From assembly GCA_032654565.1 (NCBI GenBank), contig JAULAX010000015.1, positions 1,120,001 through 1,184,000 on the forward strand: a DNA stretch of 64,000 nt, written 5' to 3'. Below, one piece after another: positions 38,357 through 47,797 of the stretch. Position 1 is the stretch's first letter, and every line of letters starts with the position of its first letter. A program made the translations under genes and the position numbers. The stretch is from Anaeromyxobacteraceae bacterium (GTDB lineage Bacteria > Myxococcota > Myxococcia > Myxococcales > Anaeromyxobacteraceae). The notes below the pieces were generated by a model. That model saw only the letters and a list, made by a program, of their open reading frames with translations, did not search any database and was not told the DNA's origin.

Positions 38357-39511
38357 ATGTTCGACCGACGACTCCAGCCGCCGACCCGCTCCTTCTTCCT
38401 CCTCGGTCCTCGTGCCACCGGGAAGACCACCTGGCTGCGCCAGCACTTCGGGAAGGCGCGCTGGTTCAACCTGCTGCAGGAGAAGGAGTGGTCCCGGCTG
38501 CTGCGGGAGCCCGGACTCTTCCGCCAGGAGGTCGAAGCGCTCCCGGCCGGAGCCTGGGTGGTGGTGGACGAAGTGCAGCGCCTCCCGGGGCTCCTCAACG
38601 AAGTCCATGACCTGCTCTCCGACGACGCCAGGCGAGTCCGCTTCGCGCTGACAGGCTCGAGCGCCCGGAAGCTCCGCTCACGCGACGTGAACCTGCTGGC
38701 GGGGCGAGCCGCGAGCCGGCGCTTCTTCCCGCTGGTGGGCGCGGAGTTGCCAGGCGGCACACCGGTGGATGACCTGCTCAGGTTCGGCGGCCTGCCGGCG
38801 GTTCGCAGCGAGCCCCAGGTGCGTGGACGGATCGAGCTGCTGGAGGCCTACCGCGACACCTACCTGGCGGAAGAGATCCGCAACGAGGGACTGGTCAGGA
38901 GCCTGGATGGCTTCTCCCGCTTCCTGGAGGTGGCCGCGTTGCTCAACGGGCAGGTGCTCAACGTGACCGGCGTCGCGCGGGATGCCGGCGTCTCACGCAC
39001 CACGGTGCAAGGGTTCTTCGAGGTCCTCAACGACACCATGATCGGCAGCCTGTTGCCGGCCTGGCGACCCCGGGCGAGGGTCAAGGAGGTGGCCAACCCG
39101 AAGTTCTACCTCTTCGACACCGGCGTGGCCCGGACGCTCTCGGGCCGGCTGCGCGACCCCCTCCACGCCACCGAGCGAGGCCCGCTCCTCGAGGCCTGGG
39201 TGCTCCACGAAGTCCGGGCACACCTCCATGATCACGATGTCGGCGGCGAGCTGGCCTACTGGCGCCTCCCCTCGGGTCTCGAGGTGGACCTGGTGTGGCA
39301 GCGCGGGGATCGCCGGGTGGGCATCGAGGTGAAGGGCTCGGAGCGCTGGCGGACCGAGGACGGCGCCGGCCTGCGGGCGCTCGACGAGGCGGTCGGTCTC
39401 GACCGACGCCTGGTCGTCTACCTCGGCGACCGGCGGCTGAAGGACAAGGGCATCGAGGTGCTGCCGTTCTGGGAGTTCGTCGGGGAGCTGGGAAAGCTGT
39501 TGCCGGCGTGA
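38357..39511 (+). CDS. AAA ATPase with DUF4143 and C-terminal PD-(D/E)XK-like domain
   Basis: GPRATGKTT, VVDEVQR, LTGSSARKL, LLAGRA, PKFYLFDTGV, EVDLV...GIEVK. Confidence 0.9.
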   Translation: MFDRRLQPPTRSFFLLGPRATGKTTWLRQHFGKARWFNLLQEKEWSRLLREPGLFRQEVEALPAGAWVVVDEVQRLPGLLNEVHDLLSDDARRVRFALTGSSARKLRSRDVNLLAGRAASRRFFPLVGAELPGGTPVDDLLRFGGLPAVRSEPQVRGRIELLEAYRDTYLAEEIRNEGLVRSLDGFSRFLEVAALLNGQVLNVTGVARDAGVSRTTVQGFFEVLNDTMIGSLLPAWRPRARVKEVANPKFYLFDTGVARTLSGRLRDPLHATERGPLLEAWVLHEVRAHLHDHDVGGELAYWRLPSGLEVDLVWQRGDRRVGIEVKGSERWRTEDGAGLRALDEAVGLDRRLVVYLGDRRLKDKGIEVLPFWEFVGELGKLLPA

Positions 39512-39523
39512 GATGGATTCCAC

Positions 39524-39550
39524 TGTCACAAGCCCGGCTCCGCCTGCGTT
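39524..39550 (+). promoter_or_regulatory. ECF-type promoter TGTCACA-N16-CGTT
   Basis: Matches the TGTCACA-n16-CGTC type of ECF promoter; the operon encodes an ECF sigma factor. Confidence 0.55.
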
Positions 39551-39586
39551 GACCTCCTGAACGCCTCGCACACCAGGAGCCACGCC

Positions 39587-41941
39587 ATGATGACCGCCAC
39601 CGCCTCCGCCATCGCCCCGCCGCAGGACTCCAGCGCCGGAGGGCGCCTCGTCGCCTTCGACGGCCGCCCCCTGCCGCTGCTCGGCACCCGCCTGACCGCC
39701 ACCGCCGCCGGCGGCCTCTGCCGCGTCCTGCTCGAGCAGCGCTTCAAGAACACCCACGCCGAGCCGCTCCACGTCAGCTACCTCTTCCCGCTCCCGCACG
39801 ACGGCGCCGTGAGCGGCTTCGCCTTCCGGCTGGGCGAGCGACGCTTCGTGGGCGAGGTGGACAGGCTCACCTCCGCACGCGAGCGGTTCGAGGAGGCGCT
39901 GGTGGAGGGCAAGACGGCGGCCCTGCTGGAGCAGGTTCGCGGCAGCGTTTTCAGCCAGGAGCTGGGGAACGTTCCGCCCGGCGCCGAGGTGGTCGCCGAG
40001 CTGACCATCGACCAGAAGCTGGCCTGGCTGCCCGAGGGGGCCTGGGAGTGGCGCTTCCCGACCGCGCTGGCGCCCCGCTACCAGGGGGCCGAGGGGCGCG
40101 TGCCGGACGCGAAGCGGCTGGCGGTCCCGGTGGCCGACGGCGAGGTCACGGCCCGGCTCAACCTCTCGCTCCAGGTGAGTGATCGGCTGGCCGCGGGCGG
40201 CAACCTCACCTCGCCGTCCCACGCGCTCCAACTCCGCTCCGAGGGAGCCACCACGAACGCCGGCCTTCAGGCTGAGGGAGGCGCACCGCTCGACCGCGAT
40301 GTGGCCATCCGCTGGCCGGTCGCCGCCGCCGAGGTGGGCGTTACGCTGGCCATGACCCGCCCCGTGGCGCCGAGCCGGGTGGCCGGGCGTGCCTTCGGCC
40401 TGCTCAGCATCGTTCCGCCCACGCCCGAGGCGCTGAAGGCCTTGCCGCGCGACTTGATCGTGCTGCTCGACACCAGCGGCTCGATGAGCGGCCTGCCGCT
40501 CCAGCAGGCGAAGCAGGTGGTCGGCGCGTTGGTCGGTTCGCTCACCGACGCCGACACGCTCGAGCTGATCGAGTTCTCCAACGCCCCGCGCCGCTGGAAG
40601 TCGAAGCCGGTCAAGGCGTCGCCCAAGGCACGCCAGGAGGCGCTGGCGTGGCTGGCGGCGCTCGACGCCGGCGGCTCGACCGAGATGACCGACGCGCTCT
40701 ATGCGGCGCTGGAAGGGCTGCGCGACGAGGCGCAGCGGCAGGTGGTGCTGGTGACCGACGGCGAGATCGGCTTCGAGGCCGAGATCGTCAAGACCATCAT
40801 GGGGCGGCTCACACCCGGGTCGCGGCTCCACACCGTGGGCGTCGGGTCGAGCGTCAACCGCTCGCTCACCGGGCCGGCGGCGCGGGCCGGGCGGGGGGTG
40901 GAGGTGGTGCTCGATCTCGACGAGCCGGCAGATGCCGCTGTGGCGCGGCTGCTCGGCCGCACGGTGGCCCCGGCCGTGACGGAGCTGACGGTGAGCGGCA
41001 CCGCGCTGGTGAAGTGCGCCACGAAGCGGTTGCCCGACCTGTTCGGCGGCGCCCCGGCGCTGCTCTCGCTAGAGCTCAAGCCCGACGGCGGGACGCTCAC
41101 GGTCGCGGGGGTAGCCGCGTCGGGGCGGTTCGAGCGGACGGTCACGGTGGAGGCCGACGACGCGGCGGCCGGCAACGGCGCGATCGCGGCGCTCTTCGCC
41201 CGGGAGGCGGTGGAGGAGCTGGAGCTGCTGGCGGCGGCCAGCGGCGGTGGCGCTGGCCACGACCAGGCGATCGAAGGGCTCGGGCTCCAGTTCCAGATCT
41301 CGACGCGGCTCACCTCCTGGGTGGCGGTCTCGGACGAGGCGATGGTTGACCCGCGGAGGCCGACGCGGCGGGAGGTCATGCCGCAGCAGCTGCCGTACGG
41401 GCTTTCGGTGCAGGGGCTCGGGTTGAGGAGCAGCGTGGCGAGCTACGACATGGGTGCGGTCATGGCGTGCAAGTCGATAAATTACGATCCGGCCGAACAC
41501 TCAAGAAAGACCTCATTGAAGGCATATTCGCGGCCACCACCGCCGATGGCGGAGGGTAAAGGGGCTTCCCGGCGACCGGAACCGCTCGGTGGAGCCAAGA
41601 AGGAGCGTGCCGCGTCCAAGGGTCAGGCCAGCCCCTTCCGGTCGCTGGCGGCCCGGCTGGTGCTGCGTACTGCCGACCGGCTGGTGGTCGAGTTCGAGGT
41701 CCCCGAAGACGGGTTCAACTGGAGCCCCGGGACGACCGCGCAGGTCAAGCTGGCCGACGGCCGGATGGTGGAGGTCGAGGTCGACCAGACGGCCACCACC
41801 GCGCCGGGCGAGCTGGGCGTCGGCACCACCGTGCGGCTGGTGCTCCGGTTGGCGCATCCGCTGACCGCCAAGCAGGTCCCGGTCGGCGTCGAACTCTCCG
41901 ACAGCTCGCTCGAGCTGAGCTTCGCGTCCGGGACCCCGTAG
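39587..41941 (+). CDS. VIT plus vWA domain protein
   Basis: EQRFKN...YLFPLP..GAVSGF (VIT); LDTSGSMSG MIDAS, GSTE, VTDG (vWA). Confidence 0.9.
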   Translation: MMTATASAIAPPQDSSAGGRLVAFDGRPLPLLGTRLTATAAGGLCRVLLEQRFKNTHAEPLHVSYLFPLPHDGAVSGFAFRLGERRFVGEVDRLTSARERFEEALVEGKTAALLEQVRGSVFSQELGNVPPGAEVVAELTIDQKLAWLPEGAWEWRFPTALAPRYQGAEGRVPDAKRLAVPVADGEVTARLNLSLQVSDRLAAGGNLTSPSHALQLRSEGATTNAGLQAEGGAPLDRDVAIRWPVAAAEVGVTLAMTRPVAPSRVAGRAFGLLSIVPPTPEALKALPRDLIVLLDTSGSMSGLPLQQAKQVVGALVGSLTDADTLELIEFSNAPRRWKSKPVKASPKARQEALAWLAALDAGGSTEMTDALYAALEGLRDEAQRQVVLVTDGEIGFEAEIVKTIMGRLTPGSRLHTVGVGSSVNRSLTGPAARAGRGVEVVLDLDEPADAAVARLLGRTVAPAVTELTVSGTALVKCATKRLPDLFGGAPALLSLELKPDGGTLTVAGVAASGRFERTVTVEADDAAAGNGAIAALFAREAVEELELLAAASGGGAGHDQAIEGLGLQFQISTRLTSWVAVSDEAMVDPRRPTRREVMPQQLPYGLSVQGLGLRSSVASYDMGAVMACKSINYDPAEHSRKTSLKAYSRPPPPMAEGKGASRRPEPLGGAKKERAASKGQASPFRSLAARLVLRTADRLVVEFEVPEDGFNWSPGTTAQVKLADGRMVEVEVDQTATTAPGELGVGTTVRLVLRLAHPLTAKQVPVGVELSDSSLELSFASGTP

Positions 41942-41946
41942 GCGAC

Positions 41947-42525
41947 ATGACCGACCTCGACGTCCACCTGCAATCGATCGTCAACGGCGACAAAGCTGCC
42001 TTCGGGCGCTGGGTCGCCGGTGCGGAGGCGACCCTGCGCGGGAGCCTGCGCAGCTTCGCGGCGAGCGTGGACGTCGAGGCGGTGGTGCAGGAGACGCTGC
42101 TGCGGGTCTGGCAGGTGGCGACGCGGGTGCAGCCGGACGGCAAGCCGAACGGCCTGCTCCGCTTCGCCCTGCGCACCGCGCGCAACTTGGCGCTGAGCGA
42201 AGCGCGGCGGCGGCGGTTCACGCCAGCCACCGATGACGAGGAGGATTTTGATCGGTTGGTGGCACGCATCGCCGACGAGGGACCGGCTCCGGCCGATCCC
42301 TTTCTGCGTAGAGCAATCCAGATCTGTCTCAGCCTTTTGCCTGCCAAGCCGCGCGAGGCGATCCAGGCCCGCCTGAAGGCCGCCGGCGGGGAGAGCGACC
42401 AGGCGATCGCCGACCGGCTCGGACTGAAGGTCAACACGCTGCTGCAGAACGTGACCCGGGCTCGACGGGCCCTGGCCGAGTGCCTCAAGGGGCGCGGCAT
42501 CGCGCTTGAGGAGGAGCTGCCATGA
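41947..42525 (+). CDS. ECF-family sigma factor
   Basis: GDKAAF..W, DVEAVVQETLLRVW, ARNLALSEARRR, IADRLGLKVNT...VTRARRALAECL. Confidence 0.78.
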   Translation: MTDLDVHLQSIVNGDKAAFGRWVAGAEATLRGSLRSFAASVDVEAVVQETLLRVWQVATRVQPDGKPNGLLRFALRTARNLALSEARRRRFTPATDDEEDFDRLVARIADEGPAPADPFLRRAIQICLSLLPAKPREAIQARLKAAGGESDQAIADRLGLKVNTLLQNVTRARRALAECLKGRGIALEEELP

Positions 42526-42755
42526 CCGGCAATCGGGAACGCGAGCTGCTGATCGAGGCGGCGGTCGGTGCCTGGCGGCCACGTCGGGCCGACGGAGGCA
42601 TCGGCACGCACCCGGCCTGGTCCGATCTGGACGCGGCCGGGCGGTCGGAGGCCTTCGAGCTCGCGCGGCTGCAGCGGAAGCTGGAGGCGGCGCTCGATCC
42701 CGAGGGGCTGTCGAGTACCGCCAAGGCCGTGCTTGCGAGGATCTCCGAAGCCTAG
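42522..42755 (+). CDS. small hypothetical protein (77 aa), coupled to the ECF gene
   Basis: ATGA overlap, GGAGGAG RBS. Confidence 0.7.
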   Translation: MTGNRERELLIEAAVGAWRPRRADGGIGTHPAWSDLDAAGRSEAFELARLQRKLEAALDPEGLSSTAKAVLARISEA

Positions 42756-43612
42756 CCGGGCTCGACCTCCTCTATCCACCGGCACCCGGTCAGCATCTTG
42801 AGCCCGATGCTCATGTGGAAGCCTTCTCCGGCCCGGTAGACGTCGACCCAGAGCGGGACCTCCTCGCTCGGAGCCCGGTCCTCCTCCGGCTCCTCCTTGG
42901 AGAGGTGGAGCCTGAGCGAGCCGGGGCGGAGAGAGAGGCCGCCGCGCAGCAGGTCGCGCTCGCCCTGCCAGTCGAGCGTGCCGCAGAAGGTGGTGACGGC
43001 TAGCACTGGCGAGTCCACCTCCTCCGACAGCGCCTCCAGCCCGGCGAGCAATCGGCGGTCGGCATCGGAAAGGCCGTCGATGACGATGAGGTCGAGCGGC
43101 CCGGCCTCGGCGGCGGCGACGACCGCGGCGCGCAACTCGGGCAGCGTCGCCCCGTGGGCGTCGGCGAGCGAGAAGGGGAGCTTCCCGACCTCCTCGGCTG
43201 CCGCGGCGAGGTCGCGCCACTGCCCGGCGTTAAGGGTCCGTTCGACGAAGAGCGAGCGTGCCGGCACGCGAGCCAGGCCGGTGAGGAGCCGGAACACGGC
43301 CGTCTCGGCGTGGCCGTCGACGCTGAACCAGAGCACTCGACCACCGGTGCGCGCGGTTTCGAGCGCGATCCGTGCCGCGAGCGTCGTCTTTCCAGCCCGC
43401 GCATTCCCGGCGAGGAGGCTCAAGCCCCACCAGGTGTGCGCCAACCGGTCGAGCGTCGGCAGACCGCTCCGGACTCGCTCCCGAACTTCGACGCCGTCGC
43501 GATGCTGGACCCTGGCCCGCTCCAGGAGCCGCGCCGCGACTTTGCTCGCGGGCGCCACGGAAAGGCGTCTCAGCATCGGCTCACACTTCGTCTCGTCGTC
43601 CCTACCGATCAT
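42752..43612 (-). CDS. DnaB-like helicase C-terminal (RecA-fold) protein, degenerate
   Basis: SGLPTLDRL, LLAGNARAGKTTLA, VLWFS, LDLIVIDGL. Confidence 0.7.
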   Translation of the reverse strand: MIGRDDETKCEPMLRRLSVAPASKVAARLLERARVQHRDGVEVRERVRSGLPTLDRLAHTWWGLSLLAGNARAGKTTLAARIALETARTGGRVLWFSVDGHAETAVFRLLTGLARVPARSLFVERTLNAGQWRDLAAAAEEVGKLPFSLADAHGATLPELRAAVVAAAEAGPLDLIVIDGLSDADRRLLAGLEALSEEVDSPVLAVTTFCGTLDWQGERDLLRGGLSLRPGSLRLHLSKEEPEEDRAPSEEVPLWVDVYRAGEGFHMSIGLKMLTGCRWIEEVEPG

Positions 43613-43621
43613 GTCGCCTCC

Positions 43622-45781
43622 TCACTCCGTGAATCCAACCGAGCGTGGCGCCTCGCGCTTCACGCCGGCCTCCCCGGCCAGCATCCCCACCAAGGCCTCC
43701 GCGTCCGGCGAGGCCCGCAGGGCGCGCACCCGCCGCGCTACCGCGGCGAAGTCGCCGGGAGCGAGGTTCGGCACCGGACGGAGCTGGGCCGCCACCGCCG
43801 GCTCGCCCGAGGCCGAGAAGGGCCCGGGGAAGAAGGCGCGGAAGAGCTCCACCACTTGCGCCGAGGTGGGGAAGCGGAACTCCAGCTTGAAGACGAAGCG
43901 CCGAAGCGCTGCTTCGTCCAGCTCCCGCCAGAGGTTGGTGGTGCAGGCCACCAGCCCGGGAAAGATCTCGAGCTGCTGCAGGAACTCGTTCACCTCGGTG
44001 ACCTGCCAGGCGTACTGCGCCCCCTTCCGGTCGCGCAGGAACGAGTCGGCCTCGTCGAAGAGGAGCAAGGCGCCGTCATTCCGCGCCTCCTCGAAGGCGC
44101 TGGCGATGTTCTTCTCGGTCATGCCGACGTAGGGGGAGACCAGGTCCGAGACCCGCCGGTAGACGAGCGGGCGCTGGCAGCGCCAGGCCAGGTACTTCAC
44201 GAACTCCGACTTCCCGGTACCGGGAGGGCCATAGAGGCAGAGCGACACACCGGGCGACGGCCCCTCGCGGAAGGTCACCAGCTGCTCGGCCAGGGCCGCG
44301 AGGTCCTCCGCGCAGTGGAGCGAGTCGAGCCGGTACCCGCTCGGCTCGAAGACCGGCTTCAACCGAGCGTCCACGCCGGTGACCAGCTTGTGGACCGGGG
44401 CCAGCACCCGCTCGACGGAGGCCCGGTCCGGTGGCATATCCCCGGCGAGGAGGCGGGCGGCGCGCACGGCCGAGCCGAACTGTGCCGGGCTGGTCTCGTA
44501 GCGCTGGGCGACGGCCTCGCAGTCGGACCGGCTGAGGCCGCCGTCCTTGCCCACGTGGAACTCCAGCGCGTCAGCCCTTTGCCTGGCTCCCGGGGCCTTC
44601 AGCTCGATGGCGAAGGTGAAGCGGCGCAGGAAGGCCGGGTCGACGCCCTCGACCCGGTTGGTGCACCAGATGATCGGGTTAGGGTTGGTCTCGAGGACCG
44701 AGCCGAACCATTGCTTGGACATGGCGGGGGCGGCGCGCGACGCCGAGAAGAGGCTCAGCTCCCAGCGGAAGAGGTCCTCCATCTCGTCGAAGAGCAGCAG
44801 GGCCTCGCCGCGCGGGACCAGCTGGTTGGCGAGGCGGAGGGCGGAGCAGCGCTCCAGCGCCGTGGCCGAGTCGCCGGAGTAGTCGGAGCCGCCCACGCCG
44901 AAGACCGGGACACCGGCGAGCTGCCCGAAGAGGCGGGCCGCCTCCGACTTGCCGACGCCGGTCGGCCCGACCAGCAGGATGTTCACGCCCTGCGTCCGGG
45001 TCCCGAGCGCATTCACGATGAGGTCGCGCGCCGTCTCGAACGGCGCCGGGTCGGCGAAGGCGTCGAGGCCGAGCGTGGGCGGGGGGGCAAGGCGCAGAAA
45101 ATTGCGGACGAACTTCGCCCGGTCGAGCCCGGGCAGGGTGAGCAGCTCCTGGAGCAGCGGGTTCAGGGTGAGCTTGCGGGTGAGGTGGACGCGGGCGGTG
45201 TCGACGGTCAACAGGCCGCTGGCCGCGAGGCGGGCTTCGGAGGACAAAGCCGGGGTGACCTTGGCGAGCTGGAGCTGGGCGCCGGCCGCGATGACGGAAG
45301 CCGCGCCGGAGAAAGAGAGCTCTCCGAAGGCATCGAGGACATCGGCGAGCGGGGCGCCATGGCTGGCGGCCAGGAGGAACTGGAGGATGGCCGCCTCGGT
45401 CTTGTCGAGGCCGAGCAGCTCGCATGCCATCCTGAGGTTGGCCCTGACCGGGGCGCCGGGTGCAGGGACCGGCTTCGGCACCCCGTTCGCCAGGAGGACC
45501 TGCTTGAGGTGGGTGCGGATGTGGTCGCCTTCGAGCGCGGCCTCCTTCGAGCAGCGTGAGCAGGTGGCGGTTCGAGCCCATGACTGGACCAGCTCGGCGT
45601 CCTCCAGGGTGTTGAGATGGCTTCGGTCGAGGCGCCGCAGCACGGTCGAGACGAAGGCGTTGTGGGCGTAGGCCTCCTGCGTCTCGATGAGCGGGTCCTC
45701 GATGAGGACCGGCCGCTGCCGGTGCCGTCGGACCAGGCGGTCGACGTGGAGGAGTTCCTTGCTGCGGCGGTGCGAGGGCAT
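43622..45781 (-). CDS. AAA+ ATPase with two AAA modules
   Basis: GPTGVGKS/LLLFDEME/DPAFLRRF and GPPGTGKS/LLLFDEAD/LDEAALRRF. Confidence 0.92.
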   Translation of the reverse strand: MPSHRRSKELLHVDRLVRRHRQRPVLIEDPLIETQEAYAHNAFVSTVLRRLDRSHLNTLEDAELVQSWARTATCSRCSKEAALEGDHIRTHLKQVLLANGVPKPVPAPGAPVRANLRMACELLGLDKTEAAILQFLLAASHGAPLADVLDAFGELSFSGAASVIAAGAQLQLAKVTPALSSEARLAASGLLTVDTARVHLTRKLTLNPLLQELLTLPGLDRAKFVRNFLRLAPPPTLGLDAFADPAPFETARDLIVNALGTRTQGVNILLVGPTGVGKSEAARLFGQLAGVPVFGVGGSDYSGDSATALERCSALRLANQLVPRGEALLLFDEMEDLFRWELSLFSASRAAPAMSKQWFGSVLETNPNPIIWCTNRVEGVDPAFLRRFTFAIELKAPGARQRADALEFHVGKDGGLSRSDCEAVAQRYETSPAQFGSAVRAARLLAGDMPPDRASVERVLAPVHKLVTGVDARLKPVFEPSGYRLDSLHCAEDLAALAEQLVTFREGPSPGVSLCLYGPPGTGKSEFVKYLAWRCQRPLVYRRVSDLVSPYVGMTEKNIASAFEEARNDGALLLFDEADSFLRDRKGAQYAWQVTEVNEFLQQLEIFPGLVACTTNLWRELDEAALRRFVFKLEFRFPTSAQVVELFRAFFPGPFSASGEPAVAAQLRPVPNLAPGDFAAVARRVRALRASPDAEALVGMLAGEAGVKREAPRSVGFTE

Positions 45782-45811
45782 GGACGGGGCTCCTGGGGGA
45801 GGGCAGGAGTG

Positions 45812-45833
45812 ACCCTATCGGCCAGCTTGGACG
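45812..45833 (-). promoter_or_regulatory. variant island promoter CGTCCA-N10-TAGGGT
   Basis: Intergenic, divergent from the WYL promoter. Confidence 0.5.
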
Positions 45834-45901
45834 CGTCGGGTCCAAGGAGCCGATCCGGCCTGTTGGCGGGGCTGGATGCGGCTTTCGGCGTGGAGGGCCG
45901 G

Positions 45902-45922
45902 TGTCCGTCACCTGGGTAGGTT
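45902..45922 (+). promoter_or_regulatory. island promoter TGTCCGT-N8-TAGGTT
   Basis: ATG of the WYL gene 7 nt after the -10 box. Confidence 0.75.
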
Positions 45923-45929
45923 GGTTTCC

Positions 45930-46994
45930 ATGGCGTCGCGACGGGAGAAGGGGCGCAACGCCCAGCTGGACCGGGTCCTCAAGATCATCCACGACCTCAC
46001 CCGGCTCGAGGGGATCGACGTCTACGAGCTGGCCCAGCGCTACGGCGCCGCCGTGAAGACCATCCGGCGCGACCTGGAGTCGATCCAGGTGGCCGGGCTC
46101 CCGCTCGACGAGGAGGAGGCCAGCGAGGGGAAGCGGAAGCGCTGGAAGCTCGCCAGCCAGCGCGGGGGGCTGGCCAGGGCGGTGGATGGCCTCGACGCCA
46201 CCCACTACCTGGCGCTCAAGATGCTCATGGCCGACGCCGGCGCCGTGACCCGCGAGACCGGCCTGTACGCCGCGCTGGAGGATCTGCTCGGCAAGATCGA
46301 GAAGGCGGTGGGAGAGAAGGGGAGGCCCCGCCTCGAGGCCGTGGAGCGGGCCTTCCTGCCCTGGGACAAGCAGGTCTATGTCGGGGCGGCCAAGGAGCAG
46401 GTCTGGCCGCTCGTGGACGCCATCGAGGGGGGCCGGGTCTGCGGGGTCGCCTACCGCGCTGCCTCAACCGGAGGCGCGATGCGCACCCACGAGGTGCTGC
46501 CGCTCAAGCTCTTCGTCCACGACCGGGGTGCCTACCTGCTCTGCCAGTTCCTCGGGAATGGGAGCATCGGGACGCTCAACCTACACCGGCTCGACAAGGT
46601 GGAACTGACCGACAGAACCGCCAAACCGCCCGCCGGCTTCGACGCAACCCGTTACGCCGAGTCGGCCTTCGGCATCTACCCGGGGGCGAAGCCGGTGACG
46701 TACGTGCTCCGCTTCGCGCCGGAGGTGGCCACCTACATCAAGGAGCGGGTCTGGCACCCGAGCCAGACTCTGAAGGATCTGCCGGACGGGGGCGTGGAGC
46801 TCAGATTCAGGTGCGGCGAGACGTACGAGGTGACGAGTTGGGTGGCCGGGTGGCGGGAGTGGGTGGAGGTGGTGGGGCCCGAAGCGCTGTGCCGGGAACT
46901 GAAGAGGTTGGGCCGACTGTGGTCGCAGCCTTGGCTCCGGGATTCAAGCTTGCCACGGGCAGCGAAGCGAAATCCCTCGCCAAGGTCCTCATAG
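45930..46994 (+). CDS. WYL-domain transcriptional regulator (HTH-WYL-WCX)
   Basis: QLDRVLKII...ELAQRYG..VKTIRRDLESIQ.AG; HEVLPLKL...AYL; ERVWHPSQ, EVVGPEAL. Confidence 0.92.
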   Translation: MASRREKGRNAQLDRVLKIIHDLTRLEGIDVYELAQRYGAAVKTIRRDLESIQVAGLPLDEEEASEGKRKRWKLASQRGGLARAVDGLDATHYLALKMLMADAGAVTRETGLYAALEDLLGKIEKAVGEKGRPRLEAVERAFLPWDKQVYVGAAKEQVWPLVDAIEGGRVCGVAYRAASTGGAMRTHEVLPLKLFVHDRGAYLLCQFLGNGSIGTLNLHRLDKVELTDRTAKPPAGFDATRYAESAFGIYPGAKPVTYVLRFAPEVATYIKERVWHPSQTLKDLPDGGVELRFRCGETYEVTSWVAGWREWVEVVGPEALCRELKRLGRLWSQPWLRDSSLPRAAKRNPSPRSS

Positions 46995-47073
46995 TGCTGG
47001 AAACTCTGAGGGTGCAGTTCTCGTTTCCTCCTTACGGTGGAGGTTCAAGTGCCACCCGGCGGCAAAGGCGAAC

Positions 47074-47694
47074 ATGACCTTTAGATTCAAGAAGTACAGC
47101 GTGAAGGCTTTGAAGGAATGCGGCGAGGCGTTCTGCGATGAGGCCGGCAAGTTTGAGAAGGCGCAGCGCAAACGAATTACGACGGGCCAGTGGACTGAGT
47201 TTGTTCTGGATTGGTTTGCTCGGGCGGCCCCAGATGAGATGCTCGTTGACTCAACGTCCAAGCAATGCGACAGGGCCCCGCCGCCATTTGAGCTTCCGGA
47301 ACGCCAGGGGTTTGGTGAATTCCTCGTTGACCTGACTCACAGCACCTATCCAAAATACTCGGAGGAGAAGCCCTACCCCGGAGGGGCGTACTTCGACGCC
47401 GCCCTGGAAAGAGCTTGCATCGTGCGACTCGCGCTAGAGAGTGAGTGGGGCGACCCGGACAGCGGGCCGACAACCAGGAAAGCCGTTCTTGAGGACGCAG
47501 TGAAGGTGGCCGCGATGCGGGCCGATACGAAGGTGGTGGTGTTTGGATCACACGCTGGGACAAGGAGCAAGATCCTTTCGGACCTCAGCACCCTTCGCAA
47601 GAGGTCAGAAGACCCGTCGCCGTGGCTTGTTATCGATGTCCCGTGGAAGTCCAAGACTGGGGAGACCGGGGCTTCTTGGCGAGTCATTGCCTGA
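47074..47694 (+). CDS. hypothetical protein, restriction-endonuclease-like PD-(D/E)XK fold
   Basis: EFLVDL...RLALESEWG...EDAVKV...ADTKVVVF; visibly lower GC. Confidence 0.55.
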   Translation: MTFRFKKYSVKALKECGEAFCDEAGKFEKAQRKRITTGQWTEFVLDWFARAAPDEMLVDSTSKQCDRAPPPFELPERQGFGEFLVDLTHSTYPKYSEEKPYPGGAYFDAALERACIVRLALESEWGDPDSGPTTRKAVLEDAVKVAAMRADTKVVVFGSHAGTRSKILSDLSTLRKRSEDPSPWLVIDVPWKSKTGETGASWRVIA

Positions 47695-47770
47695 CCGTAC
47701 AAACTCCAACTACTGCAACTTGCCCGTGGATTCCGACCCGAGACCTCTTCGGGTCCACGGGTCCACGACG

Positions 47771-47791
47771 TGTCCGTTCCCAAAGTAGCTT
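47771..47791 (+). promoter_or_regulatory. island promoter TGTCCGT-N8-TAGCTT
   Basis: GTG start 6 nt after the -10 box. Confidence 0.75.
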
Positions 47792-47797
47792 GTTGGT

